Part shown: piece by piece, positions 1-16,700 of the stretch
How positions within the stretch are numbered: position 1 is the first letter of the stretch
How the letters are laid out: every line of letters begins with the position of its first letter
Origin: Chrysomallon squamiferum
Taxonomy: Eukaryota > Animalia > Mollusca
NCBI GenBank assembly: GCA_012295275.1
Contig: CM022668.1
Coordinates: 11,718,001 to 11,782,000, forward strand
Direction: 5' to 3'
Length of the DNA stretch: 64,000 bases
The notes under the pieces: model-generated
Seen by the model: only the letters and a program-made list of their open reading frames with translations
Told to the model about the DNA's origin: nothing
Databases searched by the model: none
Made by a program: the position numbers and the translations under genes

Positions 1-261
1 AACTATAATTTTAGAAATTGTTAATAAAAATAATAGATATATAGTTTAAGTTTCTGCTCAGCTCCTGTACCTTCAGAAATTTTAGAAGATGATGTTCTTG
101 AAATATATACTTTTATGTTTATTTTTATTATTTTTTATATATATATATATATATATATAAACAGCAATCCTTAAGAGAAACAATAAATATTAATAGTTAC
201 AGTTTAATAAATATGTCATTAGAGAATCATGAAGTATAATTAAAATGTTTTATTTTTTCAG

Positions 262-300
262 CCACACCAATACCAATTACATTACCAACACCACTACAAA
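262..300 (+). CDS. Linker microexon, 39 nt ([13 protein letters not shown])
   Basis: ttttttcag|cc...caaa|gtaagt; phase 1-1; Pro/Thr-rich. Confidence 0.85.
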
Positions 301-1043
301 GTAAGTATTGAATTTTTTTTTTTTTTTTAAAACCGACATTATTTCAAAAAATTAGTTTGGAATATAGTTCAATAACATTTTGCAAAAAAATAAATAAACA
401 CTGTTAAATTTTAGAAATGTTTCTTCTTTTGATGCATTTTATTGCATTATTTATTTACTTATTTATTTATTTGTTTGTTTAATGTTTTCTTTTGTCCAAA
501 CTGGAAAATTTAAGACTGGAGATAAAAACAAAGCAGAATGTAATATTCAGGTTTGACTAAAATTAAAAAAAAAGAAATATAAGTTAGTTTTGGGTCACAT
601 TTTTCTTCTTTATTTTTTCGTTTCTTTTTTATTAATTTTCTTTTTATTATTATTTTTTTTATTTTTTATTTAAAAAAAATAATACAAATCAGGATCACTA
701 AAATCATGAAAAGAAAAATATTACAGTGATGAAATGTTGAGAATAGTTACTTGAGAAACCTGATATGTTTGTGTTATTCCTTGTCTTGCACAACTCCTGA
801 AATCTTGCCTTCCATTGAATGCAGTATGATTTTAATATTTTGTTAGTTATCACTTAGTAAAACAAAAAATTAAAATAAATTACGACATCTAAATTGGAAC
901 TATTAATAGAAATAATTTTGTAATTTTTTATTTATTTATCTTTTTACTTTTTATTATTATTATTAAAATTATATCTTACATTAAAGAATAACAGAAAATA
1001 AATAATTCGACATATTCTATTTATATGTATTTTCTTGTGTGTG

Positions 1044-1094
<51 letters not shown>

Positions 1095-2378
1095 ACATAC
1101 ATACACACATACATATATATAACTATATACATATAAATAAATAGATAGATAGATAGATATTCATTTTAATATATTTTTTTAAAGGTTGTGAAGATGCCAA
1201 ACTGGATCTCATATTTGTCCTGGATGCTTCCACCAGTGTCACAGAGCCAAACTTTAAACTGATGCTCAACTTCTTAAAAGATTTTCTTTTCATTGCCAAC
1301 ATTGACAATGGAAATGTCAGAGTTGGTCTTGTCATCTACAGCACACAGGTTCACATTCAGTTTCATCTGAAAGACCATAAATCTAAAGGTGCAGTTTACA
1401 GAGCTATTGATAATACTCCTTATGAGTATGGAAGCACCAACACAGCTGATGGTCTCAAAACCATGAGGACAATGTTTTCACGTCAAAATGGAGACAGACC
1501 AAGAGTAAAGAATGTTGCTATAGTGATCACTGATGGTGTTTCAAACATCAATGCAAGGAGAACAATTCCAGAAGCTGAAGCAGCTAGAGCAGAAGGCATT
1601 CACATCTACGCTATCGGTATTGGGTTAACTGATACAAGGGAGATTGATGGAATTGCCAGTAAACCTATAGAAGAGAACAGATTCACAGTCCAGGAATTCA
1701 GTGAACTGCGAGCTTTGAGAGATAAAGTCTTCCAGTCTTTCTGTGGACGTAAGTAGCATTACCATTTTGTTCAATTTCATACATTCATTTATTATGCTGT
1801 AATTATATCTATCAAAATATAAATATAATCATAATGATAATTAAAATATATTATCAGCTATGTTACTAACATTTACTACTATTACACTAAAATTATACTT
1901 TATTCTTTACTACGTAATTAATAGTTCTTATTGCTGCTACAAACTAATATAAAAGTTCAGGTATTTTGTGGTATATATTTAATTAACAGTACTAATAAAT
2001 GTATATATGTATATACTTTTCAGTTCATAACAGTTTTGCTTTTGATGTCAGTCATTTACATCTCTGTACAATGCTGAAATTCTTTTCTTTGATTTAATAC
2101 CTAACATGGTAGGTGAGATTAACCCTGTTGTTTAGAGGTGAAATTAAAATAATAATTAATTTTGTTTGTTTTTTTTCCTTTCTTATTTTATCATTTTATT
2201 AATCAATTATTTTATTTTATTTCATTTTTATTTTTATTTTTTTTAATGTGTAAACATTTTTTTATATTTTAAAATATGTTTTGATATATTTTTTTAAATT
2301 AAATTTTATTCATCTGTAATAGTAATAATACTTCTATGTTTTCTCATTCTAATACACCTCCTAATTGCTTAATTTTAA

Positions 2379-2409
<31 letters not shown>

Positions 2410-3354
2410 GACTAATAAAATCAAACTTGATAACTAATAAACAGTTATATTAATATAGTTTTCTTTTCTGTTTTGTCATAACAAAATATTTACTCAATAC
2501 TAATATATGCTTTTTTCAGATGATGCAATGTAACTTTCCTGGCTGTCAAATGGTTAATTGTTCCAACTGCTCATTTCATCTATCATTAATGTGTATTTAT
2601 GTGGTGGTCTGTCTCATACTTTAACAAACTACAGTTAACAATTTAGTATTTACTTATATTGAATGGTTTGCACTAAAATGCTAATAAGAGAATTAAGTTT
2701 TTATTTTATTTTAGAGTTGGATGTATGTGTCAGAGAGAGAAATGAACAAATAGACTGAATGTTTATAACTAAATATCTTATTTTATTTCAGCTTTAAAAA
2801 AGAATATTTATATTTTATTTTTCAGAACCAAAGATAAAGATCACTTTACCACCCCCAACAGAAAGTAAGAGTTTAGCAATATTATATTAAACTTGTAAAA
2901 ATAGATATTTACATTAATCTGGAGCTGATTTAGAGTTCCAAATTATAATGCTTCATTTATGGTTGTTATTAAACCTGTTAGAAATTAGGTATTTAATATT
3001 AATCTGAAACTAATTTATAATAATAATTTAAATGCCACAAGCTTATTAGTATTTTATTAAATCTTTATTTTTATTTTTGAAACTTGAAAATATTTTGCTT
3101 TAAATATTATTCTAACATTAAACTGCTATATTTAAAAATATCCAGATCTCCATTTAACATGAATCCTCTATTTTACACATATATAAAGAACCAAAAAACT
3201 AACATTTTCTTTAATAATTTGAAATATCATGCTTTTAATACATTAATATTAGTCATCATTGATTCTCATACATAATTAATTGATTTTCATGACTATATTT
3301 TAGTTTTTAGATGTATTTATATTTTAGATCTGATTTTACTAATGTTACAATTTT

Positions 3355-3394
<40 letters not shown>

Positions 3395-6300
3395 ATACAT
3401 AAATATACACATACAATAACTGAAGTAACTATAAATACACAGTTCAGTGTAACAAAATATCTCCTGCAGATTGTTCTCCTCAGATTCATTTTTTGAGTTA
3501 AAATTGTAATAATTTCATTTATTAAAGAATGTGGTCTGGCCAAAGTTGATTTAGTTATAATACTGGATTCATCAACAAGTGTAACAGAAGTCAACTTTGT
3601 CAAGATGCTGCAGTTTGCTAAAGACTTGCTTAGAATCTCAAACATTGACAATGGCGATGTGCGTGTTGGCGTTCTCACCTACAGCACTAGAGTTCAAATC
3701 CGATTCCATCTAAAAGATTACAAGACAAAGGCGGGAGTGGAGCAAGCCATTGATAATATCCCATATGACTTCGGCAGCACCAACACTGCTGATGCAATCA
3801 AAATCATGCGGGATGAAATGTTTTTGAGTGTTAATGGTGACAGGCCTGATGTTCCCAATGTCTGCATTGTCATCACAGATGGCGTTTCTAATGTTAATGC
3901 CAGAAGAACCATCCCCGAAGCCCAGGCTGCCCATGATGTGGGAATCCATATCTATGCTATTGGAATCGGTCTAACAGACACTAGAGAACTGAATGGTATT
4001 GCTTCCCCTCCAGCATCAGAAAACAGTTTCACTGTGAATGATTTCAGTGAACTGGTCAACCTGGATGAGAAGATTTTCTCAGCAGTTTGTCCAGGTATGT
4101 TCAGGAATTGTCTGCCCATTTGAAGGCGAGACAATTACCACTGGTTATAACAAATGGAACTTGTTAGGAACCAGACAACAAAGGGTTGGGAACTTTTGAG
4201 ATAATTTTTAGTAATTTATTCTTCCATTCCTACCTTCAAAGATATTAAGGGATAATACAGTAATCTTGGATTCATAAAATAGTATTAGGTTCTAGAGAAA
4301 TGAGGCATGGGAAATCTGTTGATCCTTAAATATATTTGATTAATATGTCAGTCCTATACATCAGTTTTCATATCCAACACAGGTCTCTGAAATTCATAGG
4401 CAGAAAGTGGTGTTAGAGTGGATGGTTGTGAAATAAATGATCATGATATAAATCATTGAATAATGTGAATAATACTGGGATAAAGAATATGCATATTAAT
4501 TAATAGTAGATAATAATTTTGCATAATAAATTATCCATAAGAACATGAAAAACATGTTGCTGGATATCTGAAGAATCCTGGACAGGTACATCTCAGAATT
4601 TTAAATAGATTAATGTTTTCTATATCATTCTCATATGCCTTTTTAATATATCACATAAAAAACATTTTATACTTGTGCTTTCATTTACTTAACATATTAC
4701 AAATGCTTTTTAATCACTGCTTTATTAATATATTAAAATTAAAATTGCTTATTCAGCTATACAGAAATAATATAATACAGAATATTGTAACACAACTTAG
4801 AATAATAAATAATTGAAAATAGTATGATTTTACTATTCTAGTACATGTTAACAAATATATGCTAATAGAGATATAATCTTAATATTACTAATAAACCTGA
4901 GAAAAATCATTTTATAAATATTTGGTTTACTTAATGCATTTCTTTACCTTTAAAAAAACAGTTATTAAAAATTAAAGTTTGTAATAAAAAGTCCTAATGG
5001 TAATAAATTAAATTTTATCTTTCTTTCTTTCCTATGTAAGTAATTTATACTTTTATTAATTTTATAAGTTAAACACAAAAACAAATGAAAAGTTATTTAT
5101 TTTGGGGGATTTATGTCTGTTTTTACTTATCCACCTAAATATATATATATATATATAAAATAACATTATTCATTATTGTTTTATTTCAGTTGCCACCCTA
5201 GAACCAAGTAAGTAGAAGCATTCAGTACTAATTTAATATAAAATTTAAAACAAATGGACAGTATTGGATAAAATCATTAAAAGCCTATACTTTTAATTTT
5301 GTTAACAATGTAACATTGTAAGCTTGCATTTTTCAGCTTTTTTTATCATAAATTCATTTTGTGATATTATTTTACTGAAGTTTGTCTGGAAAAACGTATG
5401 TGTATTTACGGCTATGTGTGTGTTTGTTGGTGGAGGGAGATTACCACAAATACAAAAAATTATTTATTGATACAGCACAATGTATTAATATATTTTATTT
5501 CAGATTAATGGTACAGTATTGTTTAAGTGAGAATGTATATGTTAAGTGAGAAATAATTTTGTCATGTTTTGTTATTATTTTATTCTTTGTATTATTTATT
5601 ATTTTAATTACACAACTGATGTTACATATCTTTTAACTTCACAATATGTATTATCTGTTTTATGTTTGATTGTAATCCTACATCATTGCAAACTATTTTC
5701 ATTATCTACATTCATCAAGAATCAGAATGCTCATTGGATAGGGTTGATCTTGTCATAATACTGGATTCATCAACTAGTGTCACTGACGCAAACTTTATCA
5801 AAATGAAAAACTTTGTGAAGGATCTGTTAAAGAACGTTGATCTTGACAGTGGCGCTGTCAGGGTTGGTATTGTGATCTACAGCACCGAAGTTGTAGTCAT
5901 GTTCCACCTAAACGAGCACAAAACCCATGAAAGCTACATGCGAGCGATAGATGCAATCCCTTACAAGTATGGCAGCACAAACACATACGGTGGCTTGCAT
6001 GTCATGAGAACTGAGATGTTTACCCAACAACATGGTGACCGTAAGAATGTTAAAAATGTGTGTATTATTGTCACTGATGGTGTTTCAAACATCAATTCAA
6101 GAAGGACTATCCCTGAAGCAGAGCTAGCTCGGCAAGCCGGTATACACATATATGCTATAGGTATAGGGCTGACAGACACCAGAGAACTTGATCAGATGTC
6201 CACAAGACCAAAGGAACCAAACACATTCATTGTCAATGATTTTGATGAACTTGTTGGGCTGGATGAGAAGATATTTGGAGCAGCCTGTCCAGGTAGAAAA

Positions 6301-9300
6301 CTAAAATGGAATTGGTGTCTGTTATTTTCTAATCTCTGTTGTGGTTGATGTAACATCTCTTTTAACATCAGTGACTTAGTTCAGCAATGTCAGTCTTAAC
6401 ATCAGTATTCAGCACTATATCTTTTAACATCAAATTTCAGCCATGTTTCTTTTAACAATGATATTCAGCAATTATTTTGTTTTTTTTTTAACACTGAATA
6501 TTAGTAATGTTTGTTTTAGCATCAGTATTCAGCAATGTCTGTTTTAACATCAAAATTCAGCAATGTTTCTTTTAGTATTAATATTCATCAGTTTCTCTTC
6601 AGAAGTGTCTGTATTCAGTGGTGTCTGTTTAACATTAATTAATGTATTCAGCAATGTCTGTTTAATATCAACAGATACATTCAGCAGTATTTGATTAACA
6701 TCAATGGGTGCATTCAGAAGTGTCTGTATAACATAAGATATATTCAGCAATGCCTAACACCAAGGAGGTATTCAGAAGTGTCTGTTTAATGTATATGATG
6801 CATTCAGCCAATCTGATTAACATCAGTGGATGTATTCAGCAGTGCCTGTTTTACCTCAGTGGATTTTTACATCAACAATAAAATATTTCTTGAATCTGTC
6901 TTTCCTAACATATAACTTTTTATGTCAACAAAAGCATGCAGCTAGCACAATATATTTTTCTGTTTCTCATTATGCCAAATAATAAGCTGCTTAATTACGT
7001 TTTGACTTCAATAATAATATAATCACAAGTCTGATAACAGACAAAAAAAGCAACTTAGGGTTTTCTCTTTTTTATACATACTGTGTTTAATATTAATTAA
7101 TTTGTTTTTTTGTTTCTAAAATATATGTGTTCATTGCTAACATTTGTGAATGTATATCAGTGTTGCTGTCTTATCTAACATTAGTAGAAAACTTACAAGA
7201 TTTCAACATTCAATAAACTTTGGATATAAACATTTGTGTTTAATCAGTTTTAGCAAAGCTGACAGCCAACTCAAAATCTTTTCCTAACATCAGAAGATAT
7301 AAACAGACTTTAAACTGCTTTTCCTAACATGAACAAGCAGATGTGAAAATTGTCCTAACAACAGCAAATAGTACACTGTGTGAATTTTAATTCGATAATG
7401 TATGTATGTATTTACTGTAATATTGTAAATAATTCTGAAATGATGCTTTTTCAGTATGTAATATCTTTGTCTTTGTAAAATATATGTTTTTGTTTTATAT
7501 TGTTTAAAATGGCTCTTTAACATAAATGAGTTGTTTCACAAAATAATGCAATGATGAATGATAATTATCTCTTTAAATTTTTATGAATTCTAATTATATT
7601 TTTCTTTCTCTATTTGGCTTTTATTGGAATATAAACATTTTTAATCAACTTAGCCTTCAGTAATGATCTGAAATTGCTTCTAAAGTGATATGAATGTATT
7701 GTTTTGTGAAACATGTCACTAATAAATGTGTTACATATATAACTATATAGCTATTACTATTTTATTTATTTTTATAAAAACTTCTTTAATTTTGTCACAG
7801 TCAAACTTATTACATGTATTCTTATTTTTCAGTATTATGCTATTATGTTATTGTTTGCATTTTTGTTTTTATATATTTTTTTAATTATTATGAATTAATT
7901 AATTTTCTCAGAAAAATGTTATGTAATAGGTGACATAAAACAGTAATGTTTAAGATCAGTTCTATTTGATGTAAAGAAATTGTGTTAATCTTTATGTTTG
8001 TGAAGGTAAACCTTTGGCAGTGATTTAACAAATGGTTTTTTTTTTTTTTTTGTTTACTATTTTAATTAATTTTGACATATTATTTATTGTTGTATATACA
8101 TATAAAATTACTGTGTTTCTTTTCATGCATTATTTTCAATGTAAGTAATTATTTAAAACAAAAATGTTGGATATTTCTTTACTTCAACAATATTTAGAAA
8201 TAATTTATTTTATAATATATATTAGAATTACCATAAAAATGTATTTAATAGTAAATATCTTGAATGGATATATTTATTAATAGTTTTAAATTCTTTCTGT
8301 TACAGGACGAACACCAAAGCCTACTCGTGAGTAACAGTTTTTTTTGTTTTTGTTTTTATATATATATATATTCAGAGGGGACCATGTCACTTGTATCTGT
8401 TAACTGTATTTTTGTTTTTGTGTGTTGTTTCAATGGGTTATATATTTGTGTTATTTTTCTCTTGTTTTAAGTGATGTGCATAAATGTTGCTATGTAATTT
8501 TCCATGTGTGTGAATGTTGACATAACAATATTAGTATTGATACTTAAATTTCATGCACTAATTTACAATTTTTTTTTTATTTTTTATTTTTTTTTTTGCA
8601 TTATGATTTTCATAATCCAACATTTCCTCAGTTAGTTGTAAATTTGTTTTCAGCAGACACACTGTTTTTTAAATCATAATACTGAGTTTTTTCCGTTTTT
8701 TTTCTTCTTTTAAATGAATATAATAAACAATCTACATATTACCTTTTGTTATATATGCATGGATGTTAATATTTCATTATAGTATAAAAATGTTGTTATT
8801 TTTTTTAATTATTATTGTTGGGTTTTTTGGGGGGTGCAGGTATTTTTCTCTTTTTTTTCTTTCAGGTTTACCTACAGCAGACTTAATATTTGATTTATTT
8901 TTTAAGTTGATAACATTTTTATGTTATCTAATTACTGTTATTTTAAACCCAATAGCCAGTTTACTTCTCTTAAAATTACTAACATCCTTTACTGTATTGT
9001 GCTGTGGGTGCTCTTAACTTTTCATTCATATACTCATTCACTCAGCATTCTTATTTTAATATATTTCTATTTTTAATAAATTAAGATAACATATTTAATT
9101 ATTTTAGGAGAAGATAAGTGAAACTTCAATACAACTGCAAAATAGAGATTTTTCAGTTCATTGTTTTTGACATCCTGTGCATAAAAATCTATAATAATGT
9201 TTAATAATTTCATTTCAGCAATTGAAACAACAGTGGCAAGAACACCAGGTGCTTCTTAGCTTTAGCTTTTTGGTTTCATTTATTTATATGCAAAGATATT

Positions 9301-10692
9301 AATTCACTGATTCAGTATTTTTAGTGTAATTTACTGATGATTAGAACTGACCATGTTGTTTTCCATAAATACTATCATCATGTATTTTTTTTAAATGTTA
9401 TCAAAAAGTTGTATCATTTACCTTTTTCTTTTCATTGGTATCAGATTCTTTAAATTTCTATTAAACTTCAGGATATTTTAGATCTAAGAGAAAGGTTTAA
9501 CCATTCACCATTGCAGTGTCAATAACAATATATTTGATGAAGATCAGTTAAGTGCTATCCATAAATATAATTAGAAACTTAACAAATTTCTTTCTTAATT
9601 TTTTAATTTTAATAAAAACCTGATTTGCTTACAGTCTATAAAGATTCAGGCTATGATATAGTCTTTATGCTTGATGGCACTGTTGATAACAGAATCTTCA
9701 AATGGATGACTGATTTCACTAAAAATTACGTATCACAAATGGACATTGATTCTGGTGACTATCGTGTTGGAGCTATGACATTCACCAGATCACAGAATCT
9801 AGGATTCAACTTGAATGACTTTGACTTCCAGAGCGATGTCTTGAATGCTGTAGATACCAGCTTACACAACAGACGAGGAGGCAGACCAGATCTTGGATCA
9901 GCATTTAATTATGTTCAAAATTCCATGTTCACACCTAGCAATGGCGACAGACCAAATGCCAAAAATTTTGTTGTCATGATGACTGGCAATGAGAGGAGCT
10001 TAAACAGCGATGCAGCCATTAATGCAGCAAACAAACTGAAAGATGCTGGCTTTGGTGTGTTCACCGTTGGCTTGAATCTGAGAGACACAAATGAAATTGA
10101 CAAAGTCTCTTCCAAACCACTTTCTCAGTATCGGTATTTGATTAACAGTGAGGCAGATATGCAAGAGTTACCAGGAACCCTTGGATCTCAATTGGAGAGA
10201 GGTATAAGAGAGGGTTGAATAATAAAAATTAGAATCTAATCCATCTTCATCCTTTCACAACCTCAACACCCCAATTTACCTCTGAGGCAGTTTAGTTATT
10301 ATGTATCACCTTTTCCACAAAAACATTTTGGCTGTTTGCCTTGCTTTTTAAATTTTTATTGTTATGCTTATTTCATTTGACTGAAGTTATAACATGCTTT
10401 ATTCTCATTACTACAGGTATGAACAATAATTTTATTAGTAGTAGTAGTCTTTATTATTAAATATTGTATTGCATTTCTTAGTCATGTTACACTGCTTTAC
10501 TGGAAATATTTGCATCACTTTTAGTTTCCTGTGCAGAGCACAACCTGGTCAAATTGAAATTTTATCTTATTGTCATTATTTCTTTTGTTTTCCTTTCAGA
10601 TTATGATGAATGGTTTCACCATTCCATCTAGAAAGAATTGTCTTTTATTTATTTTTATTATTTTATTTTTATTTCTTTATTATTATTAATAT

Positions 10693-10747
<55 letters not shown>

Positions 10748-13700
10748 TATATATATATATATATATTTTTTTTATCTGTATTGTTTTATTTAGGGATAAT
10801 ATTTATGCATGCAAATATAAACTACCATTCCTTATATATTCATAGTTTTGTTCCCCAAAAAATATATTTGTTACATCCCCCACATTATAATCACTGACCT
10901 TTCATTTTATTGTTGTGATTTCAAAGTTTTAGGCATCAACAGTAACATAAAATAAAATAAAATAATAAATATTTTAGCTTAGTGGAATTTTTCTGACTAT
11001 AATACATATCTTAATGGAGTGGTTGAAATAACTTATATGTATTAAAAGAAAATAAAGTTTTTTCTTTCATTCTTAAGGATCAGACAAAATAAAACAGACA
11101 TATTTATTCATGTTTTCCTTAAAGATTCTATTAAAATCCTTCAGTTGTTTATTTTAGGCACTTGAAGATAATATAATACCAACATTCTCTAACATCCAAA
11201 ACAAATATTAAATGATCTCTCTCTCTGTAATTAAATGATCTTTTTGAGTATTTGTGGATGTTATATATATTCTGGATTCTGTTGTTGTTCTGTTTTGAGT
11301 TTTAAAAAGAATGAAAAAACAAGAAGATATTTATATTTTTGCTAAACTATAATTGAAATATTTGTTTAAATTTCTAATATACTGAAATTAATGTTTCGTT
11401 CAAATTTTCATTCTTTTCAGCTCAACCAACTCCTAAACCAAGAACACCAGGTGCTTTTCTATAAAATACTTTGACTTACATATAAACTGAACATTAAACA
11501 GTATGATTAAAATAAACTGAAATATAATAAGAGCAGTTCATGATTAATATTTCAGTTATGCACCAATATAATTTAGGAAAGCTAAAAATATGTTAATCAA
11601 ATTTTTTTCTACACTCAGGATGGTACTTATTAGTTTTGGTGAATGTTCCTTCATTCTACTTAATTATTTAAAACTAATAAATAAACACAATAACCAAGAG
11701 CAAATATATGTATGATAGTGTATCAGGATCCAATCTTTCTTTCTTTTGTAGATATTATATATTTACCATACATTTTTAAAATCGTTTGTAAAAGTTTTTT
11801 TCTTAAAATCCATTTTTAGCGTTGATTCAGCTTTTTCCATTTTGTGTTTAATTCTGATGACAACCTGCTTTGCTTACAGTCTATAAAGATTCAGGCTATG
11901 ATATAGTCTTTATGCTTGATGGCACTGTTGATAACAGAATCTTCAAATGGATGACTGATTTCACTAAAAATTACGTATCACAAATGGACATTGATTCTGG
12001 TGACTATCGTGTTGGAGCTATGACATTCACCAGATCACAGAATCTAGGATTCAACTTGAATGACTATGACTTCCAGAGCGATGTCTTGAATGCTGTAGAT
12101 ACCAGCTTACACAACAGACGAGGAGGCAGACCAGATCTTGGATCAGCATTTAATTATGTTCAAAATTCCATGTTCACACCTAGCAATGGCGACAGACCAA
12201 ATGCCAAAAATTTTGTTGTCATGATGACTGGCAATGAGAGGAGCTTAAACAGCGATGCAGCCATTAATGCAGCAAACAAACTGAAAGATGCTGGCTTTGG
12301 TGTGTTCACCGTTGGCTTGAATCTGAGAGATACAAATGAAATTGACAAAGTCTCTTCCAAACCACTTTCTCAGTATCAGTATTTGATTAACAGTGAGGCA
12401 GATATGCAAGAGTTACCAGGAACCCTTGGATCTCAATTGGAGAGAGGTATAAGAGAGGGTTGACCAACAAAAAGTAGAACCCCATAATGTACCCATGACC
12501 ATCCTTGCACAACCTCAAGAACCACATTTCCCATTTCACAATCAAAATGTTTTAACAGCTTATTTACGTATGACCTTTTCCACAAAACTTTTTTAGCTGG
12601 ATGTCTGACCTTACAGGATTGTATTATTATGCTTATTTCAGTTGAACCAAATTAGCATAGAACAGCGATTCCTTTTTTCCTTCTTTTTTTTTGCCTTCTT
12701 TCTTCAAGTCATTTTAATTTCACAGCTTATATTGTTAGTATCATACCAGATATCTGCACAAGCCACAACTCTGTTAAATTAATTTTGTATTCTGTTTTAA
12801 TAACATAAATCCTTTTCTTTTTCCTTTCAGAATTGTATCTCTCCTTGCTCTAGAACTGAGAACAATATTTACCCTATCAATATATTTTGTTTTATTTGTT
12901 GCTGATATGCATGCAAATTCCATTCCATGTATCTGTATCTGTACATAAGATATGTATTAACCTTTCAATTAGCCTGTAGCCTGTTGTTATATTATTACAT
13001 TTTATTAGCCTTCAGCACTCTCATTATCTTAAGTATTAAAAACAGCAGAATTCAAAATGGCAAATGAAAACATATTTATGAAAAATGTGTATAATAATTT
13101 ATATGTCTGAACATAGACTTCTTTTTGCCTAATACAAGTATCTAAATTTTAAAAGAAATTAAGACTGATTCATTGATAAGACATAGTTAATTTTCTAGGT
13201 TACTTAACATTTTTGTGAAATGAAAGAACAATTAGAATGTTCTTTTTTCCACTTTGTGCAGTGATTAAAAATTAGCAATTTCTTATAGTATCCTCGTCTA
13301 AAGTTCTATCTGTATCACTTTGCAAATTGATGTTTCAGTTGTTGTATTCTGCATTCAAAATTTTCAAGAACTTTTTCAAATCAACTGAATCATATAATTC
13401 TTTTTATTTCTTTCATAGCGTCAAAGGTTGAAAATATTTTGAACTTAAAGACAAATATGATTAATGTTTATTTCCAATGTTTAATCTTTCAGCTCAACCA
13501 ACACCTAAACCAAGAACACCAGGTGCTTTGCCTGTTATTTTTATTTTTATTTTTTATTTAAATTTTTATCTTGGAATCTGAATTAATTACTTAGCAGAAA
13601 TAAAGTAAAATAAAAATTAAGAAACAAGATAGATGGTAGATGTTTCAGTATTATCAACATATCTGTTTAGAAAACAGGTATTTATACATCAGTTTGTTTT

Positions 13701-16700
13701 TGATTGCTAGTGAGGTTTTGTAGTTTATTGGTGAAATTTTCTTCATATTTATTTACTTACTTAATAGTTTACTAGAAAACAAAACGACATAATTAAAATG
13801 TGTTCATATTTAAGATAACCTACAATAATCAATTCAAAACAAAAGGATATCATGATTATTATAACCAAGGCGCTGGTATAGTGACTTTAAAATCTTTGAC
13901 ACCATTGTTATCAAAAATGTCTTTCGTCTATTTAGTTTGTATTTAATTTGTATTGACACCTGATTTCCTTACAGTCTCTAAAGATTCAGGCTATGATATA
14001 GTCTTTATGCTTGATGGCACTGTTGATAACAGAATCTTCAAATGGATGACTGATTTCACTAAAAATTACGTATCACAAATGGACATTGATTCTGGTGACT
14101 ATCGTGTTGGAGCTATGACATTCACCAGATCACAGAATCTAGGATTCAACTTGAATGACTATGACTTCCAGAGCGATGTCTTGAATGCTGTAGATACCAG
14201 CTTACACAACAGACGAGGAGGCAGACCAGATCTTGGATCAGCATTTAATTATGTTCAAAATTCCATGTTCACACCTAGCAATGGTGACAGACCAAAAGCC
14301 AAAAATTTTGTTGTCATGATGACTGGCAATGAGAGGAGCTTAAACAGCGATGCAGCCATTAATGCAGCAAACAAACTGAAAGATGCTGGCTTTGGTGTGT
14401 TCACCGTTGGCTTGAATCTGAGAGACACAAATGAAATTGACAAAGTCTCTTCCAAACCACTTTCTCAGTATCAGTATTTGATTAACAGTGAGGCAGATAT
14501 GCAAGAGTTACCAGAAACCCTTGGATCTCAATTGGAGAGAGGTATAAGAGAGGGTTGACCAACAAAAAGTAGAACCCCATAATGTACCCATGACCATCCT
14601 TGCACAACCTCAAGAACCACATTTCCCATTTCACAATCAAAATGTTTTAACAGCTTATTTATATATGACCTTTTCCACAAAACTTTTGGCTGGATATCTG
14701 ACCTTACAGAATTGTATTATTATGCTTATTTCAGTTGAACCAAATTAGCATAGAACAGCGATTCCTTTTTGCCTTCTTTCTTCAAGTCATTTTACTTTCA
14801 CAGCTTATATTGTTAGTATCATACCAGATATCTGCACAAGCCACAACCCTGTTCAATTAATTTTGTATTTTATTTTAATAACATAAATCCTTGTGTTTTT
14901 CCTTTAAGAATTGTATTTCTCCTTGATCTAGAACTGAGAACAATATTTACCCTATCAATATATTTTGTTTTATTTGTTGCTGATATGCATGCAGATTCAT
15001 TTTTTTCCATTCCATGTATTTATATATGTACATAAGATATGTATTAACCTTTCAATTAGCCTGTAGCCTGTTGTTATATTATTACATTTTATTAGCCTTC
15101 AGCATTCTCATTATCTTAAGTATTAAAAACAGCAGAATTCAAAATGGCAAATGAAAACATATTTATGAAAAATGTGTGTATAATAATTTATATGTCTGAA
15201 CATAGACTGCTTTTTGCCTGAGACAAGCATCTTAATTGTCAAAGAAATTAAAACTGATTCATTGATAAGACATGGTTAATTTTCTAGGTTACTTAACATT
15301 TTTGTGAAATGAAAGAACAATTAGAATGTTCTTTTTTCCACTTTGTACAGTGATGAAAAATTAGCAATTTCATATAGTATTCTCGTCAAAAGTTCTATCT
15401 GTATCACTTTGCAAATTGATGTTTCAGTTGTTTTATTCTGCATTCAAAATTTTCAAGAACTGTTTTCAAATCGACAAAATCACATAATTCTTTTTATTTC
15501 TTTCATAGTGTTAAATGTAGAACATATTTTGAACTTAAAGACAAATATGATTAATGTTTATTTCCAATGTTTAATCTTTCAGCTCAACCAACACCTAAAC
15601 CAAGAACACCAGGTGCTTTGCCTGTTATTTTTATTTTTATTTTTTATTTTATTTTTTAACTTGTAATCTGAATTAATTACTTAGCAGAAATAAAGTTAAA
15701 TAATAATTAAGAAACAAGATAGATGGTAGATGTTTCAGTATTATCAACATATCTGTTTAGAAAACAGGTATTTATACATCAGTTTGTTTTTGATTGCTAG
15801 TGGGGTTTTGTAGTTTATTGGTGAAATTTTCTTCGTATTTCTTTACTTACTTAATAGTTTACTAGAAAACAAAACGACATAATTAAAATGTGTTCATATT
15901 TAAGATAACCTACAATAATCAATTCAAAATTAAAGGATATCATGATTATTATAACCAAGGCGCTGGTATAGTGACTTTAAAATCTTTGACACCATTGTTA
16001 TCAAAAATGTCTTTCGTCAATTTAGTTAGTATTTAATTTTTATTGACACCTGATTTCCTTACAGTCTCTAAAGATTCAGGCTATGATATAGTCTTTATGC
16101 TTGATGGCACTGTTGATAACAGAATCTTCAAATGGATGACTGATTTCACTAAAAATTATGTATCACAAATGGACATTGATTCTGGTGACTATCGTGTTGG
16201 AGCTATGACATTCACCAGATCACAGAATCTAGGATTCAATTTGAATGACTATGACTTCCAGAGCGATGTATTGAATGCCGTAGATACCAGCTTACACAAC
16301 AGACGAGGAGGCAGACCAGATCTTGGATCAGCATTTAATTATGTTCAAAATTCCATGTTCACACCTAGCAATGGTGACAGACCAAAAGCCAAAAATTTTG
16401 TTGTCATGATGACTGGCAATGAGAGGAGCTTAAACAGCGATGCAGCCATTAATGCAGCAAACAAACTGAAAGATGCTGGCTTTGGTGTGTTCACCGTTGG
16501 CTTGAATCTGAGAGACACAAATGAAATTGACAAAGTCTCTTCCAAACCACTTTCTCAGTATCAGTATTTGATTAACAGTGAGGCAGATATGCAAGAGTTA
16601 CCAGGAACCCTTGGATCTCAATTGGAGAGAGGTATAAGAGAGGGTTGAACAACAAAAAGTAGAACCCCATAATGTACCCATGACCATCCTTGCACAACCT

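Noticed and set aside
2520-2535. cag|atgatgcaat|gtaact candidate microexon
   Set aside because: 10 nt, breaks frame; read-through gives an immediate stop and there is no supporting evidence.
8866-8900. Strong acceptor followed by [10 protein letters not shown], resembling a vWA start
   Set aside because: No suitable donor and the frame runs into AT-rich intron-like sequence.
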